A stretch of 63,946 nucleotides of DNA, counting the filler, from Folioceros fuciformis (Eukaryota), in NCBI GenBank assembly GCA_049999805.1. It is 8 parts of 8 records of this genome, joined end to end, with 100 filler letters (N's around TTAATTAATTAA, not from the genome) between each part and the next. Parts side by side here need not be neighbours in the genome. Positions count along the whole stretch, not along the records: positions 22,369 to 32,928 come from JBNGIO010003389.1; positions 33,029 to 36,744 come from JBNGIO010003391.1; positions 36,845 to 42,538 come from JBNGIO010003392.1; 5 more parts are not named here. One strand, given 5' to 3'. Positions 25,722-37,265 of the stretch are shown piece after piece; the first letter of the stretch is position 1; each line of letters opens with the position of its first letter. A model generated the notes under the pieces. The model saw only the letters and a list, made by a program, of their open reading frames with translations. It ran no database searches and was not told where the DNA came from. Position numbers and translations under genes: made by a program.

Positions 25722-27848
25722 CTACGTTCCCTGCAAATAGGGGTGCAGGGGTGGAGGCTGGTATCGCTTTGACAAGCCTAGCACTCGCCGATGTGTTGCA
25801 TTCGGAAACTGCAAGGGGGGACCTGTTCCTGTGTGTGGTAAGCAGGTTAGTATCACACATCGTTTCTGATGGTGCTTGTGCTGTTTCTGTTGGCTGAACG
25901 AGTAACCACAAATCCATGGGGGGTAGGGAGATGGGAGGAGATATCACCTGATGCTGCGGCCAGAGCATTTGTCTTGGAGGGTGTTGAGATGTGGTTCAGA
26001 GGCTTCAGGGGCAGCCGTGCAGGTTGCAAACCTGAAGAAGCAACAAACCCATTACCGTGGAAAGAAAGGACAAAACAAGGTTTCGTATCGCCCAGAAGCA
26101 GCACGACGGCATGCATTCTGGGCTGTTGCTGTCAAGAGCTCTTACCTGAAGTTGTTGTGGTGGCTCTTTGGTTCCCAGGTTTGGCCCAGGTGACTTTCGC
26201 AGCAGCGTCTACCTGCTTGAGTACAACGAAAACGTGGTCAGAGGAAAGAAAAAGCAAGAGTTTCAAGCTGCTCGGTTGGTTGGCAGGTTGGGAGGTTTAC
26301 AATCCCCTGGGAGGGACTTGCAGGTTCAATCGCTTTGGCTGCTGGCCTTGTCTTGGTGTTCGACATTGGCATCTTCGACACTTTCGGAGAGGCGTCTTTT
26401 GTACATGTTGGCGTTTTCGGCGGTGCCTGCAAGTTGGAGGTAAGAAGAAGGCAAGCTCAGAGAAACTTGAACCTGGGATAGACATAATCATTCACCCACT
26501 TTACCCTATTAGAGCGAGCTCGTTTGATCACGTCGGATCTGATGGACGCCGGATGTGTAGTCCTTTTCTTCTTAACTCCACCCTTGCCCATATCGGAATC
26601 ATCCGAATCGGGCTCAAATAGGTCATCCTCGTCTTCGTCGCTTTCACTTTCCTCATCAGCCGACCATTCGTCATCTTTCTTCCCCCGGGCATTCATTTCC
26701 GTGCCTGGGCCCTGCAGGACATTCTTTGTCAGTCACCTGTATGATAGGACGGAGGTTAGATGTCCACTACTCCAGTGATGATAAGAAACAATAACCTTGA
26801 CATCAGCGGTCGGTTTTCTTGTCGCCTGGTCATCCTCGCTAGAGACTGCTGCGTCTTCCTCCTCGTCATCCTTCCGGTTGTCCGTTCTTTGGCCACCAGC
26901 GTTGACGGAACTCAACTGGCGTAGAGGGTGACCGCCGTCGTCCCCAATCTCGGAATCTGGAGATGCTCTACGCACAGGAAGTTCCTCTGCAGTGACTGTA
27001 GCCTGACGCTGATCCTCTTGCTCCTATACCGGACAAATGATGCACTTCAGTGCCGTATCCCTTCCTCGAGAAATCACTGCTACAGAACGAGGCGAACTGT
27101 GCATACCTGAGAAGCGGGCACCTCCGTATCTGCCTGCCCACACTGCCCCGAGGAACTGCTCTCCACCGATAACGCATCGTTTGGAGCTTCAAAAGCAACA
27201 GCCTCCGGAGTTTGATGCAACCTTTGAAGAATCTGGCTAGCTTCTCTGGCCTCAACATCGCATTCTCGGAACGTGACACGAGTGCCCCTATCCGCTCCCC
27301 GGCTGTAGGTGTGCACAAACGCAGTGCTCAACGACTCGGAGATAGCCCTCTCCAGTTGCTTGGCTTCGGCCCGGTCCTGTACAAACAAGCCACATGACGT
27401 CAACCCCTGAACCTCCACACAAGATGCAGACACACTACACAACTGCAGGAGCAGAAATCTCCTCCAACCACCAGAATCCCTCTAGTTCAGATACACCACG
27501 TTGCCTCACTTCATCTCACGTCTCAAAAACTAGGCAAATGCACGGAGAGGCAGCAGAATGGAAGACCTTAGCATTGGCTCGCTCCTGCCAGACACAGACA
27601 CCAAGCAGCACATAGGCATCAAGAGCAGACCTCCAACCGTCTCTCCCAAAACCCACAAAACACCCAGCAGCCTTTTCCCGAAATCTCCTCACCTGAGCTC
27701 TGGAAGACCGCTTCAGGCTGAGACTACGCTTGGGTCGCGCCTGCTCCAAGGCCTGCGGAGCTTCCCTGGCCACCTCGTCCTCGTCGGACGGCGCGTCCCT
27801 GTAAGACACAGAACTGCGCGCCAGCCGAAGCGGCCTCCCTGACGCCAT
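25722..27848 (-). CDS. RAD51AP1-like intrinsically disordered protein, 8 exons, about 414 aa
   Basis: Exons 27848-27693, 27376-27107, 27023-26796, 26711-26505, 26426-26301, 26212-26146, 26031-25948 and 25828-25722 are all GT-AG and phase-consistent (1245 nt). The protein ends ...KVTWAKPG...HRRVLGLSKRYQPPPLHPYLQGT*. Confidence 0.65.
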
Positions 27849-28797
27849 GGCATTGCTATCCTACGGCATCGGAACTGCTTCTCCTGCCTGCCGGATTCCA
27901 CCTTCCTCCTGCCCCCCTCCCCCGACTATCTTCCGATAACGACCGGGAAACAGAAATCAACCGCCCCACCCATCTCGTCGCAGAATTCCTTCCCCTCTCA
28001 AAACAGCAAGCCCCTCGGGTCGTGACGTGACGTGATGTGTGGAGCAAAATCCACCTCGTCGTGTTTCTGGGCTTCCTCTAAGCACAGCACATTTGAAGTG
28101 CATGAAAAAGCGGGAAGAACGAGGGCTTGGGTCGGGCCGGGTCGGGTCGTCGCTGGATGGGAACAGAATCTCCGCTATCAGCTTAAAAACAAGCCTAACA
28201 CCGCGCCTCCGCTTCTACTCATCTCGCGGTCCCGTTCTATTTTATCTACGTGTAGTTTTCATTCAGAATTAAAAGATGAGAAGAAACTTAATTTACCGCA
28301 TTGCTATCTGATCATTCATCATTATAAGGATGTAATTTATTTTTTCATAAAAAGAATAAATTTTTAGCTGTTTAATGTTCGAAGGGGCTAGTACGTTTTG
28401 TTTTGATCTTTGTCTTAGGGTTATTCTTTGTTTAGTAGATAAGATTTTCTATCTATTTTTAAATAAATAAATAAATAAATAAATAATGATTAACAGAATA
28501 ATTTTATGTTTCATGATGTGAGATTTTTTAATTTTGCAAAATCTCAACCACCTTAAAAGAATAAGGAACTCTATGGCATATATCATACACATATGTATTT
28601 TTATGGTATCTTATTCAAGCATATGAGATGATCTCTTATAGTACCTAACTAATCTATAGTGGATGATAATATTTATCATTCAAGCAAAACAAGCATGTAT
28701 ATTATCGTAAAAGGTTTTTTTCTATGCTTATATATGTAGAGAACTACACCCTTGTTTCTCATGCATTCAGTGGAGTGTCCTATACTTAGTGATTTTG

Positions 28798-31700
28798 ATA
28801 GGGTCCTGTTATATCCTTAGTTTGTGGACTCTACTTGTCATTGCCACCTTAGTTTTGGCTGCACAATATGATGCAAAGGTATGGTAGATGAATTTTTTCA
28901 ACTTGTGATGCTTGAATCTTTGACGGCGGCCATGTCCATGCTCTACCGCTACACCAATGGCTTGAATGGCTTTGCAGCTGTGCTCACTCCACATGCAGTA
29001 GAGCTATTGAAAAGTATGTGTGCGTGGGTGTTTGTTTGCAAATGATTGATGCAACCGAACTGAGGGAGTGATTTTTACTCTTGTCAGATGTTCCGGAAGT
29101 GTGGTCCATCTTTCCTAGCACGACTCGATAGATAGTTACAACCCGGTCATTTGAATTCCTTGGTTTGGAAGATGGTACTACGGATGGGCTGTGGAATCAG
29201 ACGGAGTATGGCAAGGGAGTTATCATCGGCCTTGTTGACACAGGTGGAGATGCTGCAAGGAACTTTGCTTCAAAGCAAGACGCTTAGTTTGCTGATTGTA
29301 TGAAGGATGGAACCATGGCGTGTAGGAATATGGCCTGAATCAGCTAGCTTTGCCGACGCCGGTATGGACCCAGTTCCGGCAAGGTGGAAGGGAGGATGTA
29401 CTCCCGGCGCTGAGTGGAGCTCTGATACCTGCAACAAGTACGGTTTGCTGTCTTGAGCTGGGATTGTGGGACTAAAGCTGTTGCAGAATTCACACCTCTG
29501 CTGGATAAACGTAGGAAAGTGATCGGGGGGAAGTTCTATCTCAAAGCAGCCAGAGCCCACCACCCGGTAACGGGATACGAATCAGCTCGTGATGACAACG
29601 GGCACGGGACACACACCGCGTCCACAGCCGCTGGCCGCTTTGTTGCTGGAGCGGAAGTCGATGGGCTGGCTGCAGGGACTGCCAAGGGGGGGGCTCCCTT
29701 GGCGCACATCGCCATGTATAAGGCGTGCTGGCCTTTGGGCTGCGACGATGCTGACATCTTAGCGGCCATCGATGACGCCATTGGAGATGGTGTTGACATT
29801 TTGTCCATATCGCTCGTCGATATATGGTGGTCTCATTCTGATACACGGAGAACGAGTTCTTCGTTCACTTGAATCCAGCCCAGTTGCTTGTTCCGTGGCT
29901 GACAGCAGGTGTTGCTCATGTATGTGTCAGAGTCGACTGGACCTACAGTATTTCCAGGATGCCCAGGCCATTGGCATCTTCCATGCCTTGGAGCATGGCA
30001 TTTTCGTGGCAGCGTCGGCGGGAAATTCAGGATTCCAAGGGCCCGCAGCGCCTTGGATCACCACAGTGGCTGCTGGTTCCGTGGATCGGTTGGATGTCAA
30101 CTCCTTGAAGGCTGGAAGGATCTCTGCTACTGTGGGTATTCTGAGTCACCCATGAAATTTATGGAGACGAGATGGGCAGGAGTTTGATAGGTGCACGTGT
30201 AAGTTATGGGTGTTTTCATTGTAGGGAGTGTCACTGGAGATGGAAGAGTTCATGGAGCCGTGGCCGATGTCAGGGCCTGCTCCGCTTGTGTATGCTGGGG
30301 ACATCCCTGCTGCGTCATCTAATTCTACCATGAGGTGTGTGGTGAGCCTGACGGACATCACTTTCAAGGTTTTGCTGTGATAATGTGGTTCTAAGAGTCT
30401 GCTTGTCTGTGAACGTCCCAGCAAGTTGTGCTCAGAGGAGGGTGCCTTGGACACGTCCAAACTGGACGGGTCCCAAGTCCTCCTTTGCGAGGGGGATTTT
30501 CGCAGGGCTTCCTCGACATCGATGTGACTCTGAACTATTCGGGGTTTATTGTGATAGTCCCTCAACCTCCGACTCAAGAAAGTCAGGGTCAGTTTGATGT
30601 TGCAGCCACTGCCATATCTCCTGCACTGGGAAACAAGTTGAAGACTTACATCAAATCCACAAAGTAAGGTCCACTAATCTGCGCTGTTGAGATGACAGCA
30701 GAAGGATATAAATGTCTGTCAAGTTTCGAGCCCATCTTGATCGTCTTGGTGCTTCACTTCTGCCTGCAGGTCTCCTACTGTTACCTTCTCTAAGATCACA
30801 ACCCAGGTGAATGGAGGTCTGACAAAGCCTGTTCCACTGGTGGCTAGTTTTTCTTCACAGGGACCCAACCCCATCAACCCCGACATCATCAAGGTGAGCT
30901 TGCTTTCCTAACGAAAGACGACTGTGACAACGCACGTTAGTATGCTCCAACGATTCCACAGCTGACTCTCACTCCCGTGTCCTATCCTCACGTCCAGCCA
31001 GACATCATGGCTCCAGGAGTGAAGATCTTGGCCGCCTGGCCAGAGACGTCTGTGAACGTCACCTGCAAGAGCTTCAACATGCTGTCAGGCACCTCCATGG
31101 CTGCTCCTCATGTAGCTGGGGTTGTAGCACTGCTGAAATCAATCCACCCAACCTGGAGTCCGGCTGCCATCAAATCCGCCCTCATGACCACAGGCAAGTC
31201 CTCATTTCCAAAAAAAACTGTCGTACCTTCACATCAAACTTTGTCATCACAATCACAATCACCATTCCTAACACCATGTCTGTGCACCACGAAAGCAGCT
31301 TCCGATCTGGACAACCTTCAACAACCCATCAAGGACGCATCAGCATCAACTCCAGCCACCCCGTTCCACTTCGGGTCCGGTCAAATCCAGACCATCAAGG
31401 CTGCAGACCCCGGCCTGGTATACAACCTCACCACCACCGACTAACTAGCCTTCCTTTGCAGCACTGGCTACACCAACAAAGACATCCAGGTCATCTCCGG
31501 CAACAAGGGCTTTGCATGCAGCAGCCTCCCCACCATCCCTGCCCCCACCGACCTCAACTACCCATCCATCTCTGCATCCAGTCTCCTCCACTCCCTCACA
31601 GTCTCACGAACCCTGACCAATGTCGGCCCCTCCACCAAAGCTACTTACCGAGCCTCCGTCCAGCCTCCCCCTGGCATCTCCGTGTCGGTATCCCCATCCA

Positions 31701-31858
31701 TCCTCCCCTTCACGTCCATTGGCCAGCAACTCCAATACCAGGTCACCCTCACAGTCTCCAAACCATCAAAATCCCACCCTGTCTTCGGCAAGCTCATCTG
31801 GTCCGATGGTTCCCACCATGTCACAAGCCCCATCGCCATACTCACCTCCAAGCAATGA
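28798..31858 (+). pseudogene. Subtilisin-like S8 protease pseudogene (I9, S8, PA, Fn3-like), multi-exon
   Basis: Catalytic motifs [11 protein letters not shown] and SGTSMAAPH are present. In-frame stops occur at 29129-29131 (TAG) and 31442-31444 (TAA in place of the usual DY.FLC Tyr). The signal-peptide-like exon begins with ATA at 28798. Confidence 0.85.
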
Positions 31859-32381
31859 ACTCAACTACACACATGCCACCTGCTAGCTAGTCCCATCTCA
31901 GCCAGCCCAGAAACCCGTAGCTGCCAGCATTTCCTAATTTTAACCATCATCACCCTCTCTCCTAACCAGCCAGATCTCGAGCCACATAGCTTAAAGACTC
32001 CCTGTTTTATCTGAACTGGACAGGACTGAACATCTTAGCTACACTATTTGTGGGTGTTAGGGTTCACTGTCTCCTCTCAAATATGAATCCATCAAACCAT
32101 CTTCCGGTCTCCATCCGAAACCCTAACCCTATTCCTACAAAGCAAGAAATATTCCTCGACGCAGGGTACGGCAGGTGTGGACGGTCCAAACAACCATGGC
32201 AAGTCGGGGAAGCCGCGTGACAAGATGCGGGTCCACATACAATCCACGCGATTGGGCAGGTTACCGGGTGAGCTAAGTTTAGCATTTTAACATCGGGTAC
32301 GGTGCAAGGTGACCAGTACAACAGGCTAAGGAGTGACAGAGTGAAGAGACACAGGAAGGTGAAGGGAACGCACTGACGGAC

Positions 32382-32540
32382 CTTCCTGCCGAGCTTCCTC
32401 GTTGGGGGCAGCCGACGCCCGGTTCCAGTACACGCCAAAACGCGCGCCCGATGCCGAAAAGTTAAGGGAGAGAGACTGCTGCGAGTCCTCTGCGGGGACT
32501 GTGAGACGTGCAGCGCAAGGCAGCCTTGTACGCGCTCCAT
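32382..32540 (-). CDS. Possible first exon encoding a transit-peptide-like sequence; remainder not found
   Basis: MERVQGCLALHVSQSPQRTRSSLSPLTFRHRARVLACTGTGRRLPPTRKLGRK followed by a GT donor and a pyrimidine-rich tract. It is Ser/Arg-rich and nearly free of acidic residues. Confidence 0.3.
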
Positions 32541-32928
32541 GGCCTCCGTTCCCCGGCCCTGATTCGCCGAATACCGCAGAGGAACTCTGCCAGTCGGTTC
32601 CTTCGTCGTCAAGGGTAGAGTCCATTGACCGACCTTGACTTGCGCAACCCGGATTCTCCGTTCCGTTTCATCACGTTCCGTTGAAGTTTGGTGCACGGCC
32701 AGGGAACACGAGCCCGATGTGCGAGATCTGACTGCTTCGTTGCTGGATAAGAAATGGTTTAGGGTTTTTTCGTGGGACGGAGACGCAGAGCCGTGGCAGG
32801 CCCCATGTGCGACGACGATGCTTGCGGAGGCAGCGTCCGGGTGGAGCCGGGCCCGCCCGGGCAGAGCCGCGCCGGGCTGAGCTCAGGTTCTCTTGCCTGC
32901 CCGCGTCCTCGAGTCTCTCTCTTTTGGC

Positions 32929-33028
32929 NNNNNNNNNNNNNNNNNNNNNNNNNNNNNNNNNNNNNNNNNNNNTTAATTAATTAANNNNNNNNNNNNNNNN
33001 NNNNNNNNNNNNNNNNNNNNNNNNNNNN
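32929..33028. other. Artificial scaffold-joining spacer
   Basis: N(44)-TTAATTAATTAA-N(44). Confidence 0.97.
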
Positions 33029-33740
33029 CCTTCTTCTCTCCTCTCCTTCACCATGCTCCTCTAATGATCCTTTCAAGTAGTATCAGAGCAAAGGTTGTGG
33101 AGCAAGATGGTTGTGCCTATTGTAGGTACAATGAGCGGAGGCACAAGGCAAGGAGAGGAGAGAAGAAGGGAGGAGGAGAGGAGAGGAGAGGAGAAAGAGA
33201 GGTCTCACAGTGTCTCTCACAGCTCTATTGCAGAGGGAGCTCAAGTGGGTATTTATATCCTCTAGAAAAGCTCTCAAGGAAGCTTCACAAGAAGGTCACA
33301 GGAAGCTGCACAAGAAGCTCACAGGAAGCTATGCAGGAAGCTTCCTTGGGAGCTTTTCTAGAGGGCATAAATACCCTCTTGAGTTCCCTTTGCAATAGAA
33401 CTGTGAGAGACATTGTGAGACCTCTCTTTCTCCTCTCCTCTCCTTCTCCCTTCTTCTCTCCTCTCCTAACCTTATGCCTCCGCTCATTGTACCTACAATA
33501 GGCACAACCATCTTGCTCCACNNNNNNNNNNNNNNNNNNNNNNNNNNNNNNNNNNNNNNNNNNNNNNNNNNNNNNNNNNNNNNNNNNNNNNNNNNNNNNN
33601 NNNNNNNNNNNNNNNNNNNNNTGCCTCCGCTCATTGTACCTACAATAGGCACAACCATCTTGCTCCACAACCTTTGCTCTGATACCACTTGAAAGGATCA
33701 TTAGAGGAGCATGGTGAAGGAGAGGAGAGAAGAAGGGAGG
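33029..33740. repeat. Long imperfect inverted repeat built from LTR 3' end, PBS and leader
   Basis: 33029-33285 is the reverse complement of about 33340-33740 (the latter contains an N-gap). The fold-back point is at the ggaagcttcc palindrome near 33336-33345. Confidence 0.8.
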
Positions 33741-34022
33741 AGGAGAGGAGAGGAGAAAGAGAGGTCTCACAGTGTCTCTCACAGCTCTATTGCAAAAGGA
33801 GCTCAAGAGGGTATTTATACCCTCTAGAAAAGCTCCCAAGGAAGCTTCACAAGAAGCTCACAGGAAGCTTCACAAGAAGCTCATAGGAAGCTATGCAGGA
33901 AGCTTCCTAAAGATTAGCTTAAGCTAATGATACTTAATTAAACACTAATATTAGACTAATCACATTAGTCTAATTAGACTAATCACATTAGTCTAAGCAC
34001 ATTGGGCTTTAATAACCCTACA
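33677..34022 (-). mobile_element. 5' LTR (34022-33690, TG...CA, about 333 bp) plus tRNA-iMet primer-binding site
   Basis: The minus strand begins TGTAGGG and ends TTTCA, followed after 2 nt by TGGTATCAGAGC (33688-33677). It abuts the Copia RT remnant. Confidence 0.8.
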
Positions 34023-35603
34023 ATCACTTGCCCCGAAAAGGAGAACTAGAAGAAAGCCATTAGGTCAGAATTAGATTCATTAAGAGCTAATAAAACTTGG
34101 AAACTGACTACATTACCTAAGGGTAGGAAGTTAGTTGGCTCTAAGTGGACCTTTAAGATTAAGCTAAATGCTGATGGCAGCATAGAGAGGTACAAATTCA
34201 GATTAGTCGCTAAAGGGTACTTGCAAAAACACGGCTTCAACTACAACGAGGCTTCGACTACAACTAGACTTTTAGCCTGAAACTGAAAATTACCTCATCA
34301 AAGATCCTAATGGCTTTAGCTGCTCACCATGATTATGAGTTGATGCAGTTAGATATCAAAACAGCCTTCCTATACGGCAATCTCAAACACAAGATCTACA
34401 TGGAAATACCCGAAGGTATACAAGTTAAAGGACAATCAGTTTAATGCCTGTAAATTACTAAAAGCACTTTACGGACTGAAACAAAGTGCTCTTGAATGAT
34501 ATAAAAAATTAGATGTCACCCTTCAGGACTTAGGTTTCACTAGACTAAGCTCATATAGAAATATCTATATCAATAGACTTAATGGTCACTTCATTGTTCT
34601 AGAGGTCTACGTCAATGATATCGTTCTCATGTCTAACTCAAAGAATATCCTAGAAAATACTCGCATGATGCTTGTTGAGCGATTCTTGATGACCACATGT
34701 TGAGAGCTTTCCTTTTGCCTAGGGATTCAAATTGTTAGAGATAGAAAGGCTAGAAGTTTATTTATCCATTAGTCTAAATATATACAAGAAATTCTAGTTA
34801 AGTACAAGATGATAGACTCTAAGCCTATTTCCACACCTATGGAAACTAACCAAAAGCTAATTGAGGATGATAATCAACAACATGAAGCCAATGATCATAA
34901 CACCGAAGAGCTGCCCTATTCTTCCGCTCTCGGAAGTTTAATGTATTTAATGCTTTGCACTAGACCAGACCTTGCATTTTATCAGCTCTTGCTCAAGTTC
35001 ATTGGAAGGCAGTAAAGAGGATCTTCACATATTTTTTAGAGCAACCTTGGATATGGGACTACTCTATCATTCTCAAATCCAACAGGACCAACACTTACAA
35101 CTTAAGGGTTTAGTGACGCTGACTGGGCCGGGAACAGGGACAACAAAAAGAGCATAAGTAGCAACGTCTTCTTACTCGGCAGGACAACAATAAGCTGGAG
35201 CAGTAAATGACAGCAAATAGTCTCACTCAGCTCAACAGATGTACTGCTCCTTAACCCATGAATGTAAGGAAGGACTCTGGCAGCTTTACGAGGTCGCGGA
35301 GTTACGAGAAATCTAGCAAATACCAAGACCCTTGCAGAAATCCAGCAAATACCAAGACCCTTGCACTGCAACAATCAGGGTGCTATTTTGCTAACCTACA
35401 GCTCCAAATTCCACGCTCAAACTAAACCCGTGGAGGTACAATTTCATTTCATAAAACAAGTTATCAGCTATGGTAAATTCATGGTGCTTTACTACCCAAC
35501 GAAGCAGATGACAGCAAACGTCCTAACAATGGCACTCAGCAAAGTGAAGCATCAAGAACATTCATTCAACATGGGACTAAGAAGCTTAACATACATTCAA
35601 TAG
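34023..35603 (+). mobile_element. Ty1/Copia reverse transcriptase-RNase H remnant
   Basis: [32 protein letters not shown]...RLVAKGY, QLDIKTAFLYG, ALYGLKQS, YVND, GSLMYLMLCTRPDLAF and CNNQGAI. It has multiple stops and frameshifts. A purine tract and TGTTGAG near 35641-35655 suggest a PPT and 3' LTR start. Confidence 0.93.
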
Positions 35604-35849
35604 CTTTTTAAAAATTATAGAACCTTGAAACTAGACGCTAAGTGGGAATGTTGAGATATAGCACACTAGCCCTTAGGGCACAATTCGGATTAAGGCAGAT
35701 ACGTAATAGGCACCATATCGAACCGACACCGAGACGGTTACAGACACATGACGCTTGGGCACAGCCCTCATGTATTTACCGTATCTGCTCAGCCAATTAT
35801 TCAATCAATCCAGGTCCATATGCGACCGAAACATACTACTGATTCCAGA

Positions 35850-36555
35850 TGCCTGGCCGAGCACAGGTGCCATACGGTCGCAGACTACACCATGGGCTAC
35901 AAAGAGGACTTGCCTCCAGAATCGCAACAGCCTTGTTCCGGATGGTAGAGAATAGAGTTTGCTCTTGCTCCATCTTGGTGAACGGCATCGACATTAAATC
36001 TGTAGGGTTGTACCCTACTGCAACGCCTATCCAGCATCCCGCAAGACCCCGTCCTCTTCTGAGGCACGGTCAGAATCAACTTGGACCTCTTCAATCAGCA
36101 CACAGAATACATCAACAAGGCCATCCGCAAAGTTCAAAGCCGGATAGCATGGTGGTGAGCAACGGGGCAAACTCCAGTGTGAGAGACAAGGCAACTCCTC
36201 TAGAGGCATTACCACAGCCCTCCTCCGCAAGTCACGAATCATCGTCATGGACGAGGCCACTGCCGCTGTGGACGAAAAGACCGACCAACTCCTTCCAACA
36301 ACTACGCGAGAGGGACTCCAGAACTGCACTGTCCACACAATCGACATGGTGCTGGACTCCAACCTGCTGCTCGTTCTGGCCAAGGGCGGCTACGTAGCTG
36401 GTCAATTCGTCTTCCCCTACAACCTGGCCCGTCGGGATTCTGGAACGGAGAGCACGGGAGTATTTGCCAACATGGTTTTGCAGCGTGGAACGGCCACAGC
36501 CTCCCAGTTGATGCACGCTGCAGAAAAAGGCTCAGGAAGTCGGGTGAATAATTGA
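35850..36555 (+). pseudogene. ABCC/MRP transporter second nucleotide-binding domain fragment
   Basis: ALFRMVE...I.VNGIDI..VGL, SIPQDPVLF*GTVRINLD and RKSRIIVMDEATAAVDEKTD (Walker B/D-loop). It is frameshifted and has an internal stop. Confidence 0.85.
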
Positions 36556-36744
36556 TCTCCTCAGCCCCTGTATCATGTGAACATCCGTCATCACTCGTTC
36601 GTTCTGGATACCCCCATGGCTTGGATCCTTTCTTCCTTGCACGCTCTCACCACATGATCTGCCAACCATCCCGTCGTCTGTTTGCCAACATGGGGTCGCA
36701 GATAGCAAAGGTCACAGCCGGGCAGTTGACGGAAGCTGCAGAAA

Positions 36745-36844
36745 NNNNNNNNNNNNNNNNNNNNNNNNNNNNNNNNNNNNNNNNNNNNTTAATTAATTAA
36801 NNNNNNNNNNNNNNNNNNNNNNNNNNNNNNNNNNNNNNNNNNNN
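36745..36844. other. Artificial scaffold-joining spacer
   Basis: N(44)-TTAATTAATTAA-N(44). Confidence 0.97.
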
Positions 36845-37265
36845 TTCCTCAATAGTAGATCTAAATCACACCTTGCTAGTAATGGAAGAAACTAATAGAT
36901 ATATATAAAAGAACTAGTTAAAGTTTATTATTATATTACGATAGTGATGCCAAATACTACAAAGGTCAAAATCTTCAGTTCAGGTCACTTGTTAAGCTAT
37001 TTAGGGTGCCGTGAGGGAAATCTGTCTAACTTAAGCCACGGATGTGTGTCCAGACGCCTTCAACTGGGCTCCCGGTTCTGGAAACCGGTACGTGGTGAGA
37101 GTAAACCGGCATGTGTAGAGCACGCATACGCTTCGGCCACGGCCTCCAACACACTTCCTTTCGTGGCACAGGGGGCTCCATGTGCGATGGCTTTTTCTTT
37201 GGGTGTGGGACGAAAGATTGGTGGCTGCAGGGTCGCTCCCTGTGTGCCGCTGTGAGGAAGGTGCA

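Noticed and set aside
25869-26621. 250-aa plus-strand ORF
   Set aside because: It is antisense to the spliced RAD51AP1-like gene and shows no protein-like features.
29129-31444. Subtilase stops rescued by U-to-C RNA editing
   Set aside because: That editing is organellar, and the TAA replaces a Tyr codon, which U-to-C editing cannot restore.
33064-33886. ORFs inside the LTR/PBS palindrome
   Set aside because: They are translations of purine/pyrimidine-biased LTR sequence with no gag motifs.
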